Of a DNA stretch of 64,000 nucleotides, positions 30,027 through 38,500 are shown one piece after another. Source of the DNA: Candidatus Methanoperedenaceae archaeon. GTDB taxonomy: Archaea; Halobacteriota; Methanosarcinia; Methanosarcinales; Methanoperedenaceae. Below the pieces are notes generated by a model, which was not told the origin of the DNA, ran no database searches, and worked only from the letters and a program-made list of their open reading frames with translations. Position 1 is the stretch's first letter. The number at the start of each line of letters is the position of its first letter. The stretch covers positions 1 through 64,000 of the forward strand of contig CAVWCX010000018.1 in the NCBI GenBank assembly GCA_963753595.1. The letters are read 5' to 3'. The translations under genes were made by a program, and so were the position numbers.

Positions 30027-31235
30027 TTAATTTGGTTGGATCTGATACTCCTTATTATTCTTCAACACCCAGAACACTATTCTCAATAATTTTGCAGCTG
30101 TAGCGTTTAGAGCAGAATAATGATGCTTTCCTTCGCTAACCTTCTTATCATAAAATCGCTTCAGGTTATCATCGTTCATCCTTGCAACATTTGCTGCCAG
30201 AAAAAGAGCTTGACGAAGCAGCGGAGATCCTCTCTTAGAAATGGGACCTGTCTTATTCTCAAATCTCCCTGATTGACTGATGACAGGATCAAGACCTGCA
30301 AATGCGATCAATTTCTTTACACTTGTAAACCTGTCCACATTTGCGATTTCACCTAGAATAATTGGACCTAATATTCCACTAATACCCGGTACAGACATTA
30401 TCTTTGAATCAAAAGATTTCATTACATTCTTTATTTTCTTTTCGATGATTTCATTTTGTTCATCATAAAGTTCTATTTGTGCTATCAGAGTCTTTATTTC
30501 AATGCTGATTATTGATTCCAATTCTGGCATAGCCAATATATTCCCTGCATGAGCATAAATTTCCTCAGCTTTATTGCGGGTAATCTGCGAGTGGCTTACA
30601 TTCTGAACCTGTTCATAAAAATCCTCAAAAGTTCTCATTAATAATTTTGAAGGTGCTGTATATTTTTTTAAAATCATTATTGATGTTTTTCCAAAAACCG
30701 TTGGTATTATAGACTTATAACCAGGCCAGATAATATCGAGATTCCGTACCAGTTGTATTTTGCATCTACTTCGTTTTTCTATAAGTCTGTGGCGTACCCG
30801 AACTAATTCCCTCAATTGATAAATGTTTAAATTCTGGATCCCTTTTGCAAGTGGTGGTTCTGAGAAACGAAGCATATCTGCAATGATTGCAGAATCTATT
30901 GGATCTGTTTTTGTCTTTCGAATATTCATTTTACGGAAGCCATTGGTTTGAATAGGGTTGTAGAGCCTGATCTTATGTCCGTCCCTTCTCAGAGCTGAAT
31001 ATAAAGGCAGGTAATAAATCCCTGTTGCTTCCAGCCCAAAAACCACATCGTTGTTCTGTGGATTTTTCGATTTTATCTTGTCAATTGTTTCATACAACTT
31101 GTTCAGATCTGCTTTTGTGTTTGTTATCTGAAATCGCTTAACTAAATCATTCCCGCCCTGGTCTTTTATGCAGACATCACATTTGTCTTTTGAAACATCT
31201 ATCCCGATATACAAAACTTCAGTATTATTTTTCAT
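30027..31235 (-). CDS. IS110-family recombinase/transposase (DEDD)
   Basis: YIGIDVSK, LEATGIY, KTKTDPIDS, SVPGIS, AFAGLDPVISQSG, ISKRGSPLLRQAL. Confidence 0.96.
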   Translation of the reverse strand: MKNNTEVLYIGIDVSKDKCDVCIKDQGGNDLVKRFQITNTKADLNKLYETIDKIKSKNPQNNDVVFGLEATGIYYLPLYSALRRDGHKIRLYNPIQTNGFRKMNIRKTKTDPIDSAIIADMLRFSEPPLAKGIQNLNIYQLRELVRVRHRLIEKRSRCKIQLVRNLDIIWPGYKSIIPTVFGKTSIMILKKYTAPSKLLMRTFEDFYEQVQNVSHSQITRNKAEEIYAHAGNILAMPELESIISIEIKTLIAQIELYDEQNEIIEKKIKNVMKSFDSKIMSVPGISGILGPIILGEIANVDRFTSVKKLIAFAGLDPVISQSGRFENKTGPISKRGSPLLRQALFLAANVARMNDDNLKRFYDKKVSEGKHHYSALNATAAKLLRIVFWVLKNNKEYQIQPN

Positions 31236-31269
31236 CTTTTTTGACCTCCTTCTTATTTTTTATAATAGT

Positions 31270-31465
31270 CAGGTCGAGAGAGTTATTTCCCTACTGCATT
31301 CCTTTTTAACACAAGCTCGCGAGTTATATGTGGAACATTTATATATGTCCAAAACGTACTCATTCGTGTAGTTGAAAGGAAGAGAGGGCAACAGGTTCTC
31401 TGACGGGAACAGATCCCAAGCGCAATGGTTGTTATCCCTCTCGACCTACTTTATGTAGGTAGCAA
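31270..31465 (-). ncRNA. Putative IS110 bridge RNA (5' hairpin, target-binding loop, donor-binding loop)
   Basis: Hairpin 31444-60; target loop closed by 31384-93/31430-40 with guides UGCGCU and CAGAGA; donor loop closed by 31300-14/31364-80 with guide AGUACGUU identical to the element end (29769-76). Confidence 0.72.
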
Positions 31466-31503
31466 GAACGTTTTAATTGTTCCTGCGAAAATAGTGTATA
31501 TAC

Positions 31504-31553
31504 GAGCACAGAGCCATGACGCTTTTCTCTGTGTACTCTGCGCTCTCTGTGGT
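31504..31553. repeat. Right part of the CACAGAG-type palindromic repeat
   Basis: GAGCACAGAG-spacer-CTCTGTGTACTCTGCGCTCTCTGTGGT. Confidence 0.8.
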
Positions 31554-31582
31554 TTTTCATATCAGACGATAACTTCAAGCCA

Positions 31583-31828
31583 TTAAGCCATTTCCCGGAT
31601 ACTAATTAAACCATGTTTATAGACAATGGTTTTCATCGGTTTTTTAGATTTGATATCCTTGGTTTCCACCAAAATAAGTTCATACTTTTCATAACCAGTC
31701 AATATCCCGGTTATTGTTTTGCCGCTCAAAGTTTCGCAAACAATTACTTTATTCATAAAATCAGACAAATATTTATCTGGCTTCTGCGACCCTTCATCTT
31801 TATTTTTTTGTTCTCCAGCCATATTCAT
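31583..31828 (-). CDS. hfq: Bacterial-type Hfq-like (Sm-fold) RNA chaperone
   Basis: Sm1-like V...LSGKTITGILTGYEKYELIL and the Hfq Sm2 signature IVYKHGLISI (YKH motif rather than the archaeal SmAP RG motif). Confidence 0.8.
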   Translation of the reverse strand: MNMAGEQKNKDEGSQKPDKYLSDFMNKVIVCETLSGKTITGILTGYEKYELILVETKDIKSKKPMKTIVYKHGLISIREMA

Positions 31829-31943
31829 ATCACACCATATTCAATCAAAAAACAACACTAAGCTCATTGTTAAAACAACAATTCCAACCATGGGCTTAAT
31901 TTATAAAAGGTTTTACTTTGTTAAGCTATCACTGTTCCATATA

Positions 31944-32096
31944 TTATATCGTTTCGGTATTTGCAGAATGGCACTCTGGACATTTTGGATTAGTACCTAT
32001 TCCCTTAAATTGTTTCTCACAATCTTTGCACTTATATCTGCGTGGCACTATGCCTTCGGCAATATCGATATTAAAAGCGTCTCCAACTGAACACAT
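31944..32096 (-). CDS. Small zinc-ribbon protein (50 aa)
   Basis: Manual translation MCSVGDAFNIDIAEGIVPRRYKCKDCEKQFKGIGTNPKCPECHSANTETI; strong SD GGAGGTGA upstream. Confidence 0.8.
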   Translation of the reverse strand: MCSVGDAFNIDIAEGIVPRRYKCKDCEKQFKGIGTNPKCPECHSANTETI

Positions 32097-32236
32097 AATT
32101 TCACCTCCGTATTTATTTTTTAACTCTTATAATCTATTCTTTGTTTTCTTTATCTTAACTCGTGATAAAGAACACCTATATGATATATGTAATTTTTCTA
32201 ATAGAAAAAAATTAGTAAAAGTACCTAAATGCTATT

Positions 32237-33783
32237 CATTGGTCATCGGTTAAGCCCACCAGTCATCCCTGAACCGATGTCTACTGACATGGGGATCAAG
32301 TGCCTGACTTGAATAGACATTCATAACAGTCAGAATAGTTCTTTCAATCCCATAATACCGAAGTATCAGAGTAAGCTGTTTATCAGCATTTTCGGCAAAA
32401 ATCGTACTCCATCGCAATTGTGTAAAACGAGAACCAATATCTTTTGGATTATACTTCCGAACTAACGAATATATTCTCCTGCTTACTAAAAGGGTAAGAA
32501 TCGATATCCAGATAAAGGCTTCGATAATTTGTGTGTTCTTTGTATTCACAACATCAAGAGCGTATCTGCTTTTCAGTTCTTTAAAGATCAGTTCAATATC
32601 CCATCTTGCTCCATAGAGTTTCGCAACATCCTCAGCCTCCAAAACATCTTTTGCAATATTAGTAAGATAGACATGATACTTTTCTTCATCTTCATTAAAA
32701 ACCGCTACCAATCGGAACTGTTCAGTATCCATTCTTGTCTTACTTTTCCCATTATAATTCGGTTTCTTGAATGAGACCTCAACTTCAACATCGAGTACTT
32801 GTCTTTTTAACTTGGGGAGAATTTCACTGATATATTTCCCTTTCACATCAATACTATTCCCCCGACACGTATTATGCACATCAACAATAAGAGGATCCGC
32901 ACTTCCTTTCAATCTGGACACGAAGTAACCGCCATTCTCCTTGATTTTAGCAAAGAGTAGATGTTTGTAGAAACCAAGATCGATAAGAAGAATTCTATCT
33001 TTTATCCATGGACCTATTCGCAGAGTCTTCAATTCATTTGTACTTTCAGGATGAATAGTGATGCTTTTTGGGCTGTTTGCCACGGCACTTACCAACAAAC
33101 TCACTTTAACGCCAGCTGCTACCGTTCTGGAACGTGCTGCCGGGAATTTTTTAGCAAGAGACTTATGCAATCTGATAATTGTGCTGTCCTGTATCATTAC
33201 ATCCTGGAATTTAGCTATTTTTTCATTGAGAACTTTGGTTTGTTCCTTAGCAAGCTGTTCAATTCCATGAGTTACACATAGCCTCAGGAATGCAACAAGT
33301 TCAGGTGTGAATCTTTCATACCAGCTGCTGTCGCTCAGTTTTTTATTGGAAAACGTTTCATAATTCCGTTTGACAAAGGCTAGATTTCTTGCAAGGCGAA
33401 CACCATAACTATTGACAAGAACCCAAAACATTTCTACGGCTGTCACTTTTCTCTCTCTTTCTATGAGGCCGGTTTCTTTTGCTGCTTGTTTCAGCCATTC
33501 TGGAGGGAATAGTGTGTAGAGGTCTTTTTCAATTATATCGGGGTCATAAGATGGGATTTTTGTGTTTGGTTCTTTGGGCTTTTTCATGCTACTGATCCTC
33601 TTTCTAATTTTAATACAGTAAAATTAGAATTTTTAAGTAATATATGCATGCTAAGACGATAAATGCTTCGCTATATAACGATTATTTCAACTGGAAACCC
33701 AAAGCTATTGACTAAAAACGAGTAATTCTGCAATCTTTTTTGAGATAATTCATTGAGCAGAATTCCTTAACCGATGACCAATG
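32237..33783 (-). mobile_element. IS4-family (ISH8-group) insertion sequence, 1547 bp
   Basis: Perfect 18-bp IRs CATTGGTCATCGGTTAAG (32237-54 / 33766-83); 10-bp TSD AAATGCTATT (32227-36, 33784-93). Confidence 0.95.
32250..33587 (-). CDS. IS4-family DDE transposase
   Basis: QDSTIIRL, LIDLGFY, YGARWDIELIFKELK (YREK motif). Confidence 0.96.
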   Translation of the reverse strand: MKKPKEPNTKIPSYDPDIIEKDLYTLFPPEWLKQAAKETGLIERERKVTAVEMFWVLVNSYGVRLARNLAFVKRNYETFSNKKLSDSSWYERFTPELVAFLRLCVTHGIEQLAKEQTKVLNEKIAKFQDVMIQDSTIIRLHKSLAKKFPAARSRTVAAGVKVSLLVSAVANSPKSITIHPESTNELKTLRIGPWIKDRILLIDLGFYKHLLFAKIKENGGYFVSRLKGSADPLIVDVHNTCRGNSIDVKGKYISEILPKLKRQVLDVEVEVSFKKPNYNGKSKTRMDTEQFRLVAVFNEDEEKYHVYLTNIAKDVLEAEDVAKLYGARWDIELIFKELKSRYALDVVNTKNTQIIEAFIWISILTLLVSRRIYSLVRKYNPKDIGSRFTQLRWSTIFAENADKQLTLILRYYGIERTILTVMNVYSSQALDPHVSRHRFRDDWWA

Positions 33784-33838
33784 AAATGCTATTATCCCGA
33801 TTATCTCTTGCTCCATGAAAATGGAATTCTTTCACCTT

Positions 33839-34098
33839 GCCTTTAAATTATTTCTCACAATCTTTGCAATTATATTTTCGTGGTTCTATGGTTTCGACAA
33901 TATCGATATCACCAGAAGTATCACCAGAAATATAAACAGAAATAGCATCAAAAATGGCATCAAAAGTATTATCAAAAGTGGCATCGAAAGTATCATCGAA
34001 ATTATCAACAAAACAATCAACAAAATTATCAAAAAAACTATCCTCAAAAATATCACCTGAATTATCACATAAAATATCACCAAAAGTGGTACCAAATC
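33839..34098 (-). pseudogene. Degenerate paralogue of the zinc-ribbon gene with an N-terminal acidic tetrapeptide-repeat expansion
   Basis: 33839-33907 aligns to 32001-32069 (58/69 identical) with a CAA>TAA stop at 33848-50; no in-frame start. Confidence 0.6.
33908..34093 (-). repeat. Degenerate 12-bp tandem repeat, about 15 units
   Basis: Units such as GAT GAT ACT TTC / GAT GCC ACT TTT / GAT AAT ACT TTT (x-D-x-F tetrapeptides). Confidence 0.75.
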
Positions 34099-34233
34099 CG
34101 AGAGTATGTTGTGGTAAAGTACCACATCAACTATAATAAAGTATGTTGTGGTTGAATTACCAAACCAACTTCATCATGAAAATGGAAATCTGCTTAAAAA
34201 TATTAAAATAGTCTTAGAGCTTATGTCTATATT

Positions 34234-34302
34234 TTATCCTTTTCTGTATTCCTGCAAAGAAAGATACTCCTCTTCAGTTAGAATTGAGTCAATGTCTACC
34301 AT
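34234..34302 (-). pseudogene. Antitoxin-like fragment (22 aa)
   Basis: MVDIDSILTEEEYLSLQEYRKG* resembles the C-terminal part of archaeal RelE-partner antitoxins; no toxin follows. Confidence 0.35.
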
Positions 34303-34496
34303 AGGGCATCTATATCATCGATTTTCATATAACCGCCTTTGCGCCGTATTTTATCCAATTCTCTATACAAAATCTGGCATTTTGCTGCTTCAATCAGCCT
34401 TCTTAACAGCGCATCATATGATTTATCCTTCATAACAGGCATTTTAAGGGCATCTTTTGTTTCTTTCATAATAGGAATCGTTGTGAGAGTTATCAT
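34296..34496 (-). CDS. Ribbon-helix-helix antitoxin-like protein
   Basis: TTIPIMKETKDALK...SYDALLRRLIE pattern. Confidence 0.6.
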   Translation of the reverse strand: MITLTTIPIMKETKDALKMPVMKDKSYDALLRRLIEAAKCQILYRELDKIRRKGGYMKIDDIDALW

Positions 34497-34523
34497 AAAA
34501 AAAAGAAAAAAAATCAATTTAAA

Positions 34524-34586
34524 CTATTTCTTCTTGGGCGCAGGCTTAGGGGTATCCTTGGGTTTCTTTTTCTCCTTATTTGACAT
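34524..34586 (-). CDS. Lys/Pro-rich 20-aa micropeptide
   Basis: MSNKEKKKPKDTPKPAPKKK*; AGGAGG SD upstream; T-tracts downstream. Confidence 0.5.
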   Translation of the reverse strand: MSNKEKKKPKDTPKPAPKKK

Positions 34587-34719
34587 GAACTTGTTCGCCT
34601 CCTGACATTTTAACGTCATGAATAATATGTTTTTTAGGATATTAACTTATCTGTAATGCTTTTTCAAATCTGGTAAAAACCGGTTATTTTCACACCACTT
34701 GGCGTAATAATTCCATTTC

Positions 34720-35217
34720 TCACTTCATCCTGAACTTCTCAAACCTTTCCTTCTTCGCCCTGCAAATAGGACATAGATCCGGCGCCTCCTCCCTTGCGCA
34801 CAGATAACCGCAAACCTGGCACCTGTAAACCTCAACCATTTTTCCACCTCCTGCTCCTTTCTGTTCTTTAATACCTGGATAACCTTTCACATAATATTCC
34901 TGGGGACGCCGCTCCGGGACAACACCATGCGGCTTTCTCCCTGCGATCCATTCATCATTCGCATACAGCGTACACAGGCAGCTTCCATATTCTGCGATAT
35001 CGGCATCACGATAATTGCACGGGCATATGATATCCATATCATCTGCAAGCGATCCGCCTGCAAGACGGCAGGGGCACGATGGATAACCATAGCGATGCTC
35101 ATTGTCCCACATCCCCTGGAGAATGTCCTGGAGTTCCAGCTTATTCGGATTGAACTTGTAGCCCTCTTCCCGGGCTATCTTTTTCATCTCATCGAACATT
35201 TCTTCGATCGTTCTCAT
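34720..35217 (-). CDS. Ferredoxin:disulfide (thioredoxin/glutaredoxin) reductase with a C-terminal rubredoxin domain
   Basis: FTR motifs CPC, CPC, CLC plus rubredoxin CQVCGY...CPIC. Confidence 0.9.
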   Translation of the reverse strand: MRTIEEMFDEMKKIAREEGYKFNPNKLELQDILQGMWDNEHRYGYPSCPCRLAGGSLADDMDIICPCNYRDADIAEYGSCLCTLYANDEWIAGRKPHGVVPERRPQEYYVKGYPGIKEQKGAGGGKMVEVYRCQVCGYLCAREEAPDLCPICRAKKERFEKFRMK

Positions 35218-35471
35218 AAACCAAGCGCCTCTCTTACTTTATCTTCATAGAAACCAACAATGACCTTTTTTCCTATTACTATGGTGGGAAATCTCATATC
35301 ACCACTAATTTTTGACATTTCCGTAAGGGTTTGCCTTCTTTCCTCACCGTCTAATTTATCCACATCTGTATAATCAAATTCAATCCCGTTCTCCCTGAAG
35401 AACTTTTTTGTAGCAGTGCAATGAACGCAAGTGCTCAAAGTATAAAGCCTGGGTCTAATGGTTTTTGTCAT
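35214..35471 (-). CDS. Glutaredoxin-like protein (methanoredoxin/NrdH type)
   Basis: LYTLSTCVHC...FPTIVIG...IVGF. Confidence 0.9.
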   Translation of the reverse strand: MTKTIRPRLYTLSTCVHCTATKKFFRENGIEFDYTDVDKLDGEERRQTLTEMSKISGDMRFPTIVIGKKVIVGFYEDKVREALGL

Positions 35472-36430
35472 GGTCCGTGCATCTCCCTGTGTTCTTCTGT
35501 AACTGCATGATGTTCCTCAACTGGTTCTAATTCACAAACTTCCGGCGCTCCTTTTTCTTTATAATGAAGGTTCCATTTCCTGCAAACCCAATTCTGGAGA
35601 ATATTTATATCCTCATCGCTCATGTGCCTGAAACGGCCCTGCATCATCAGGTAATCCCTTACAGATTTCATTTTTCCGGGCTTGTATGTGATCTTTTTCT
35701 CACCCGCCACTACTTCATAAAGTGTCCACATCCCGCTTTCAACAGCCCTTTTTGTGACCTCTACGGTCCTGGCAGGATCCATCTTCCAGCCCGGGATGCA
35801 TGGAGTGAACATATGAAGGAAACGGAATCCCTTGATATTTTTTGCCTTCTCGACTTTCCTTATGAAATCAAGAGGATGCCCGATAGAAAGTGTGGCATAA
35901 TATGGAATTTCATGGGCTGCAACGATCTCCCCGAGATTTTTCTTAAACCGCCTGTTTCCCTGGATCTCCTTTCCAACCGGCGTTGTGGTAGTCCAGGCGC
36001 CAAATGGTGTCCCGCCGCTGCGTTGTATTCCTGTATTCATGTAAGCCTCATTATCAAGGCAGATATAAAGAACATCATCGTTACGTTCAGCCGCGCCCGA
36101 CATGCTTTGCAAACCGATGTCATAAGTCCCGCCATCCCCGGCAAAACCAACAACAGTGACTTTTTTTCCTTTCTTTTCAAAAGCAGCCTGCATTCCAGCC
36201 AGGCAGGCTCCGGTATTCTCAAAAGCCGTATGGAAGAACGGCACTTTCCATGCGCCATAAGGAAATGTTGTACCAAACACCACGGCGCAGCTTGCAGGAA
36301 CATAAACAACGGTGTCTTTTCCAAGCACACGTATCGCATTTCGTATAGACATGGCAACACCGCATCCAGGGCAGGCAGTATGCCCTGCTGTGAAAAGATT
36401 AACATCCGGGAGATCCTTTATTGTGATCAT
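35468..36430 (-). CDS. porB: Pyruvate/2-oxoacid:ferredoxin oxidoreductase beta subunit
   Basis: GHTACPGC, GDGGTYDIG, DNEAYMNTGIQRS. Confidence 0.92.
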   Translation of the reverse strand: MITIKDLPDVNLFTAGHTACPGCGVAMSIRNAIRVLGKDTVVYVPASCAVVFGTTFPYGAWKVPFFHTAFENTGACLAGMQAAFEKKGKKVTVVGFAGDGGTYDIGLQSMSGAAERNDDVLYICLDNEAYMNTGIQRSGGTPFGAWTTTTPVGKEIQGNRRFKKNLGEIVAAHEIPYYATLSIGHPLDFIRKVEKAKNIKGFRFLHMFTPCIPGWKMDPARTVEVTKRAVESGMWTLYEVVAGEKKITYKPGKMKSVRDYLMMQGRFRHMSDEDINILQNWVCRKWNLHYKEKGAPEVCELEPVEEHHAVTEEHREMHGP

Positions 36431-37599
36431 ACAGTTTCACCCCGCGTATTATGCCAGTTGACATCATTCACTTTTACTCCTTTTGCAGCTTTTCGCGTTA
36501 ACTCGAACATCTTCATTATCTGCTCTTTTGTCACATCACGACCCCCAAGGCCTGCAAGGTGGTCAATGACAGGAATGTTCATCCCATACAGGGCCGATCG
36601 AACTTCATTATACACAGGCCCTCCGCCATGATATGATATTGAGCGGTCAAAAACACCAAGAGCACTTATGTTTGATACCGCTTTTTTTAATTCATCGGCC
36701 GGGAATGGCCTGAAAAACCGCAATTTAATAATACCCGCTTTTTCACCTTTTTCTCTCAGTTCATCGACAACCTCACGAGATGTACTTGTGACAGTTCCCA
36801 TAGTGATCAAAGCGATATCGGCATCATCCATCCGATAAGTATCAACCATGCCTCCATAATCCCGTCCGAATTTTTTTGCGAATTCGCTGTTTATTTCCTG
36901 GATGACTTCTTTTGCGGATTCAACTGCTCCCGCTGTTTGTCTTCGTAATTCCATAATATATTCAGCAGGCATGAAAGTCCCGATCATCGCGGGTCTATCC
37001 GGGTCAAGAATAATATCGGGTTCATACGGGGGAAGGAATGAATCAATTTCTTCCTGCTGCGGGACATCGACAGGTTCAACAGTATGCGTAAGCACAAAAC
37101 CATCAAGACAGGGCATCACGGGAAGAAGAACGCGTTTATCCTCGGCGATCCTGAAAGATTGTATTACCATGTCAAGAGCTTCCTGGTTATCTTCAACATA
37201 AAGCTGCAGCCATCCTGAATCCCGCGCGCCCATGGAATCATTATACTCGCACCATATCCCCGGAGGGCCTCCAAGGGTCCTGCTTGCGTTTGCCATCACG
37301 ACCGGAAGGCGAAGCGGCGCTGTTGCATAGAGCATCTCATGCATGAAAGCAAGCCCCTGTGAAGATGTCGCGGTAAAAACCCTTGCACCCGCAGCAGATG
37401 CAGCCGCTGCTGCGCTCATCACACTGTGCTCGGATTCCATTGTAAGGAACTTTGCATCAAGTTCCCCGTCATTTACAAAATCTGCGATATGCTCTATAAT
37501 AAGGGTTTGCGGCGTTATCGGGAAAGCCGGTACCACCTCCACGCGGCAAAGTTTTGCACCTACTGCAACTGCATGATCGCCTGTTATTACTTTCTTCAT
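36427..37599 (-). CDS. porA: Pyruvate/2-oxoacid:ferredoxin oxidoreductase alpha subunit
   Basis: [34 protein letters not shown]; ATG 37599 overlaps the upstream stop. Confidence 0.92.
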   Translation of the reverse strand: MKKVITGDHAVAVGAKLCRVEVVPAFPITPQTLIIEHIADFVNDGELDAKFLTMESEHSVMSAAAAASAAGARVFTATSSQGLAFMHEMLYATAPLRLPVVMANASRTLGGPPGIWCEYNDSMGARDSGWLQLYVEDNQEALDMVIQSFRIAEDKRVLLPVMPCLDGFVLTHTVEPVDVPQQEEIDSFLPPYEPDIILDPDRPAMIGTFMPAEYIMELRRQTAGAVESAKEVIQEINSEFAKKFGRDYGGMVDTYRMDDADIALITMGTVTSTSREVVDELREKGEKAGIIKLRFFRPFPADELKKAVSNISALGVFDRSISYHGGGPVYNEVRSALYGMNIPVIDHLAGLGGRDVTKEQIMKMFELTRKAAKGVKVNDVNWHNTRGETV

Positions 37600-38495
37600 A
37601 CCCGTGCCCTCACCATTTTTATGGCATCCACCGGGCATTCATTGGCGCATACGCCGCATCCTTTGCAATAATCATAATTAGTCATCAGGTCTCCCCTGTC
37701 AGAGATCCGGTGGATCGTGCCTTCAGGGCAATAAAACCAGCATAAAAGGCACATTGTGCATTTTTCCTTATCCCTTAAAGGCCGGTATGTAGCCCAGCCA
37801 GAGACTTTATTCTCGATAAAACTTCCCGGACCGATAAGACCGGCTTCCGTTTTACCTTCAATAAGAGCTCCACCTATGGGATAATCCTGGTATTCTGGAA
37901 GCCATTGTTTCTTTGCTTCAAGCTTTTTTACACCCCTGCTTTTTCCCATCAATGTCTGTTCATATGAAGTCCTTGCAGCAAGCGCATTTCTCTCACCCAC
38001 CTTTTCCCCAAGTTTTTCACCGAATTTTCTCTTGATGGATTCTTCCAGGGATTCGATCTTAATAATTCCTGTAGCCTTCGCAAATGCCCCAAGAATAGCC
38101 GTATTGGTGATCGGGGCTTTCAGGATTTCAAGCGCTATGGAGGTTGCATTGACAGTCGCCGTGTTGATGATCTTGCCCAGGTCTATGTCTTCCGGTTTTT
38201 CCTTTGAGTTAATAACCGCAATACCTTCCGGTTTTAAACCCGATACAACATCTATTGTGTCAAGCAGCGAATCATCAAGCACGACCACGCAGTCAGGATT
38301 ATACACCTGGGTTTTGCTATAAATTTTTTTGGAATCTATCCGCGTAAAAGCAAGAACCGGAGCGCCACGCCGTTCAGCCCCAAAAAAAGGAAAAGCTACG
38401 GCATAATTTCCTTCAGTTACCGCAGCCTCGGCAAGGGTCTGGGCAGCCATGACCGCTCCCTGCCCGCCACGCCCATGAAACCTGACTTCGTACAT
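37596..38495 (-). CDS. Fused gamma-delta subunit of a pyruvate/2-oxoacid:ferredoxin oxidoreductase
   Basis: HGRGGQG and FGAERRGAP (gamma) plus 2x[4Fe-4S] [12 protein letters not shown] / [13 protein letters not shown] (delta). Confidence 0.92.
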   Translation of the reverse strand: MYEVRFHGRGGQGAVMAAQTLAEAAVTEGNYAVAFPFFGAERRGAPVLAFTRIDSKKIYSKTQVYNPDCVVVLDDSLLDTIDVVSGLKPEGIAVINSKEKPEDIDLGKIINTATVNATSIALEILKAPITNTAILGAFAKATGIIKIESLEESIKRKFGEKLGEKVGERNALAARTSYEQTLMGKSRGVKKLEAKKQWLPEYQDYPIGGALIEGKTEAGLIGPGSFIENKVSGWATYRPLRDKEKCTMCLLCWFYCPEGTIHRISDRGDLMTNYDYCKGCGVCANECPVDAIKMVRARV

Positions 38496-38500
38496 GCCTT

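Larger units (their letters stand above)
29770..31505 (-). mobile_element. IS110-family insertion sequence (about 1.74 kb; 2-bp core GA/TC, no TSD)
   Basis: Ends defined by restoring the interrupted repeat CACAGA[GA]GCACAGAG; core at 29768-69 and 31504-05; long non-coding ends of about 260 and 270 bp. Confidence 0.85.

Noticed and set aside
21862-31553. 9-mer repeats as a CRISPR array or integron attC sites
   Set aside because: No regular repeat-spacer period, no cas or intI gene, and no RYYYAAC/GTTRRRY pairing.
32001-33907. Paralogous 69-bp segments as a DGR template/variable repeat pair
   Set aside because: Only 6 of 11 differences fall at adenines of the putative template, and there is no reverse transcriptase in the window.
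33815-34136. Track ORFs 33815-34060, 33886-34125 and 33954-34136
   Set aside because: Open frames produced by the 12-bp repeat period; only the frame continuous with the Zn-ribbon paralogue has homology support.
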